From Callorhinchus milii (lineage: Eukaryota): a stretch of DNA of 50,400 nt. Shown piece after piece: positions 49,870 through 50,400 of this stretch. How positions within the stretch are numbered: position 1 is the stretch's first letter; each line of letters begins with the position of its first letter. The notes under the pieces were generated by a model. The model made no database searches. It saw only the letters and a program-made list of their open reading frames with translations, and was not told where the DNA came from. A program made the translations under genes and the position numbers. Location: assembly GCF_018977255.1 (NCBI RefSeq), contig NW_024705378.1, positions 1-50,400 on the forward strand, read 5' to 3'.

Positions 49870-49960
49870 GAACTGATTTTTGCGTGTCCAGTTTGTTGTC
49901 CTCCCGCACCTCCGCTTCGCTCGGTTGGCTAAGTACGGTGCGAAAGAAGCCCAACGTACG
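49870..49960 (+). mobile_element. 5'-truncated L2-like LINE tail, copy 5
   Basis: GAACTGAT...AGTTTGTTGTCCTCCCGCACCTCCGCTTCGCTCGGTTGGCTAAGTACGGTGCGAAAGAAGCCCAACGTACG is the reverse orientation of copies 1-4, with similarity to copy 2 over about 90 bp. Confidence 0.75.
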
Positions 49961-50400
49961 GACACACAGAGCTGTCGCATGGCCAATCTCTCGTGCAGCA
50001 GCAGCAGCAGCTCCTCTCCGTTGCTGTGGAGCACCGCCGCGTTGCCAGGTTGGATCTTGAGCTGCCGACTCGGGGTGGTGAACTCGCTTCAGAGTGGCCC
50101 CCACGCTGTCTTCCCTCTCCCCCCCATGTGGCTCCCGTGCCGAGTGGCTCCCGGCCGCGTCCCCTCGCGTTGTTTGCCAGCCGGTCCAGCAGCGAGCGCT
50201 CCGCCAGCGGCCATATGGTGTTCTCTGAGAAGGGGCTGGTTTCACGTCGTAGTTTGTTCTATTTGCCGGGCACAGCACGTCGGTGAGTCCTGCTGTGTAT
50301 GTTGTTCTCTGGCGGTATGTTTCACTGCATTTACGAAGCGTTCGTAGTACAGTATTGCCTGCTGGTTTTGACGTCCGCTACCGCTCTGTCGAGATCTGCT

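Noticed and set aside
45346..49956. Copies 4 and 5 of the motif as TIRs of a 4.6-kb TA-flanked DNA transposon
   Set aside because: They are only about 36/43 identical, the TA belongs to the (TACG)n tail, there is no transposase between them, and three other copies are unpaired. The LINE-tail model explains all five.
6308..50347. Recurring peptide RLAxLATYGAKEVQHT as a conserved protein motif or mini-gene family
   Set aside because: Conservation is at the DNA level (LINE 3' tail), the surrounding ORFs are unrelated, and copy 2 is read in a different frame.

Overview
This is eukaryotic, repeat-rich, apparently non-coding DNA. V-SINE-like elements, RTE and L2 LINE remnants and GC/CpG-rich simple repeats point to a vertebrate, plausibly a lamprey (inference). 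No intact protein-coding gene is supported. The window has three parts. (1) 1-~6670 is natural sequence with a palindromic MITE, RTE 3' ends and a tRNA-derived SINE. It also holds a nested insertion (a 614-bp solo LTR with a 4-bp TSD inside a 5'-truncated LINE tail with an 8-bp TSD), a degenerate 33-bp (11-codon) repeat and a 30-N gap. (2) ~6670-~40990 is about 34 kb that behaves like uniform random sequence. I found no transposon remnants, no ORF over 154 aa and no evident CpG or TpA depletion. I think it is synthetic, shuffled or otherwise artefactual, and I found no hidden system in it. (3) ~40990-50400 is natural sequence with MITEs, a mariner deletion derivative, a degenerate hammerhead-like motif, an L2-clade LINE 3' end plus three more copies of its tail, V-SINE-like elements, large GT-rich repeats, a 41-bp minisatellite, and a candidate 5S-headed/RTE-tailed SINE. 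All alignments and counts were done by eye.
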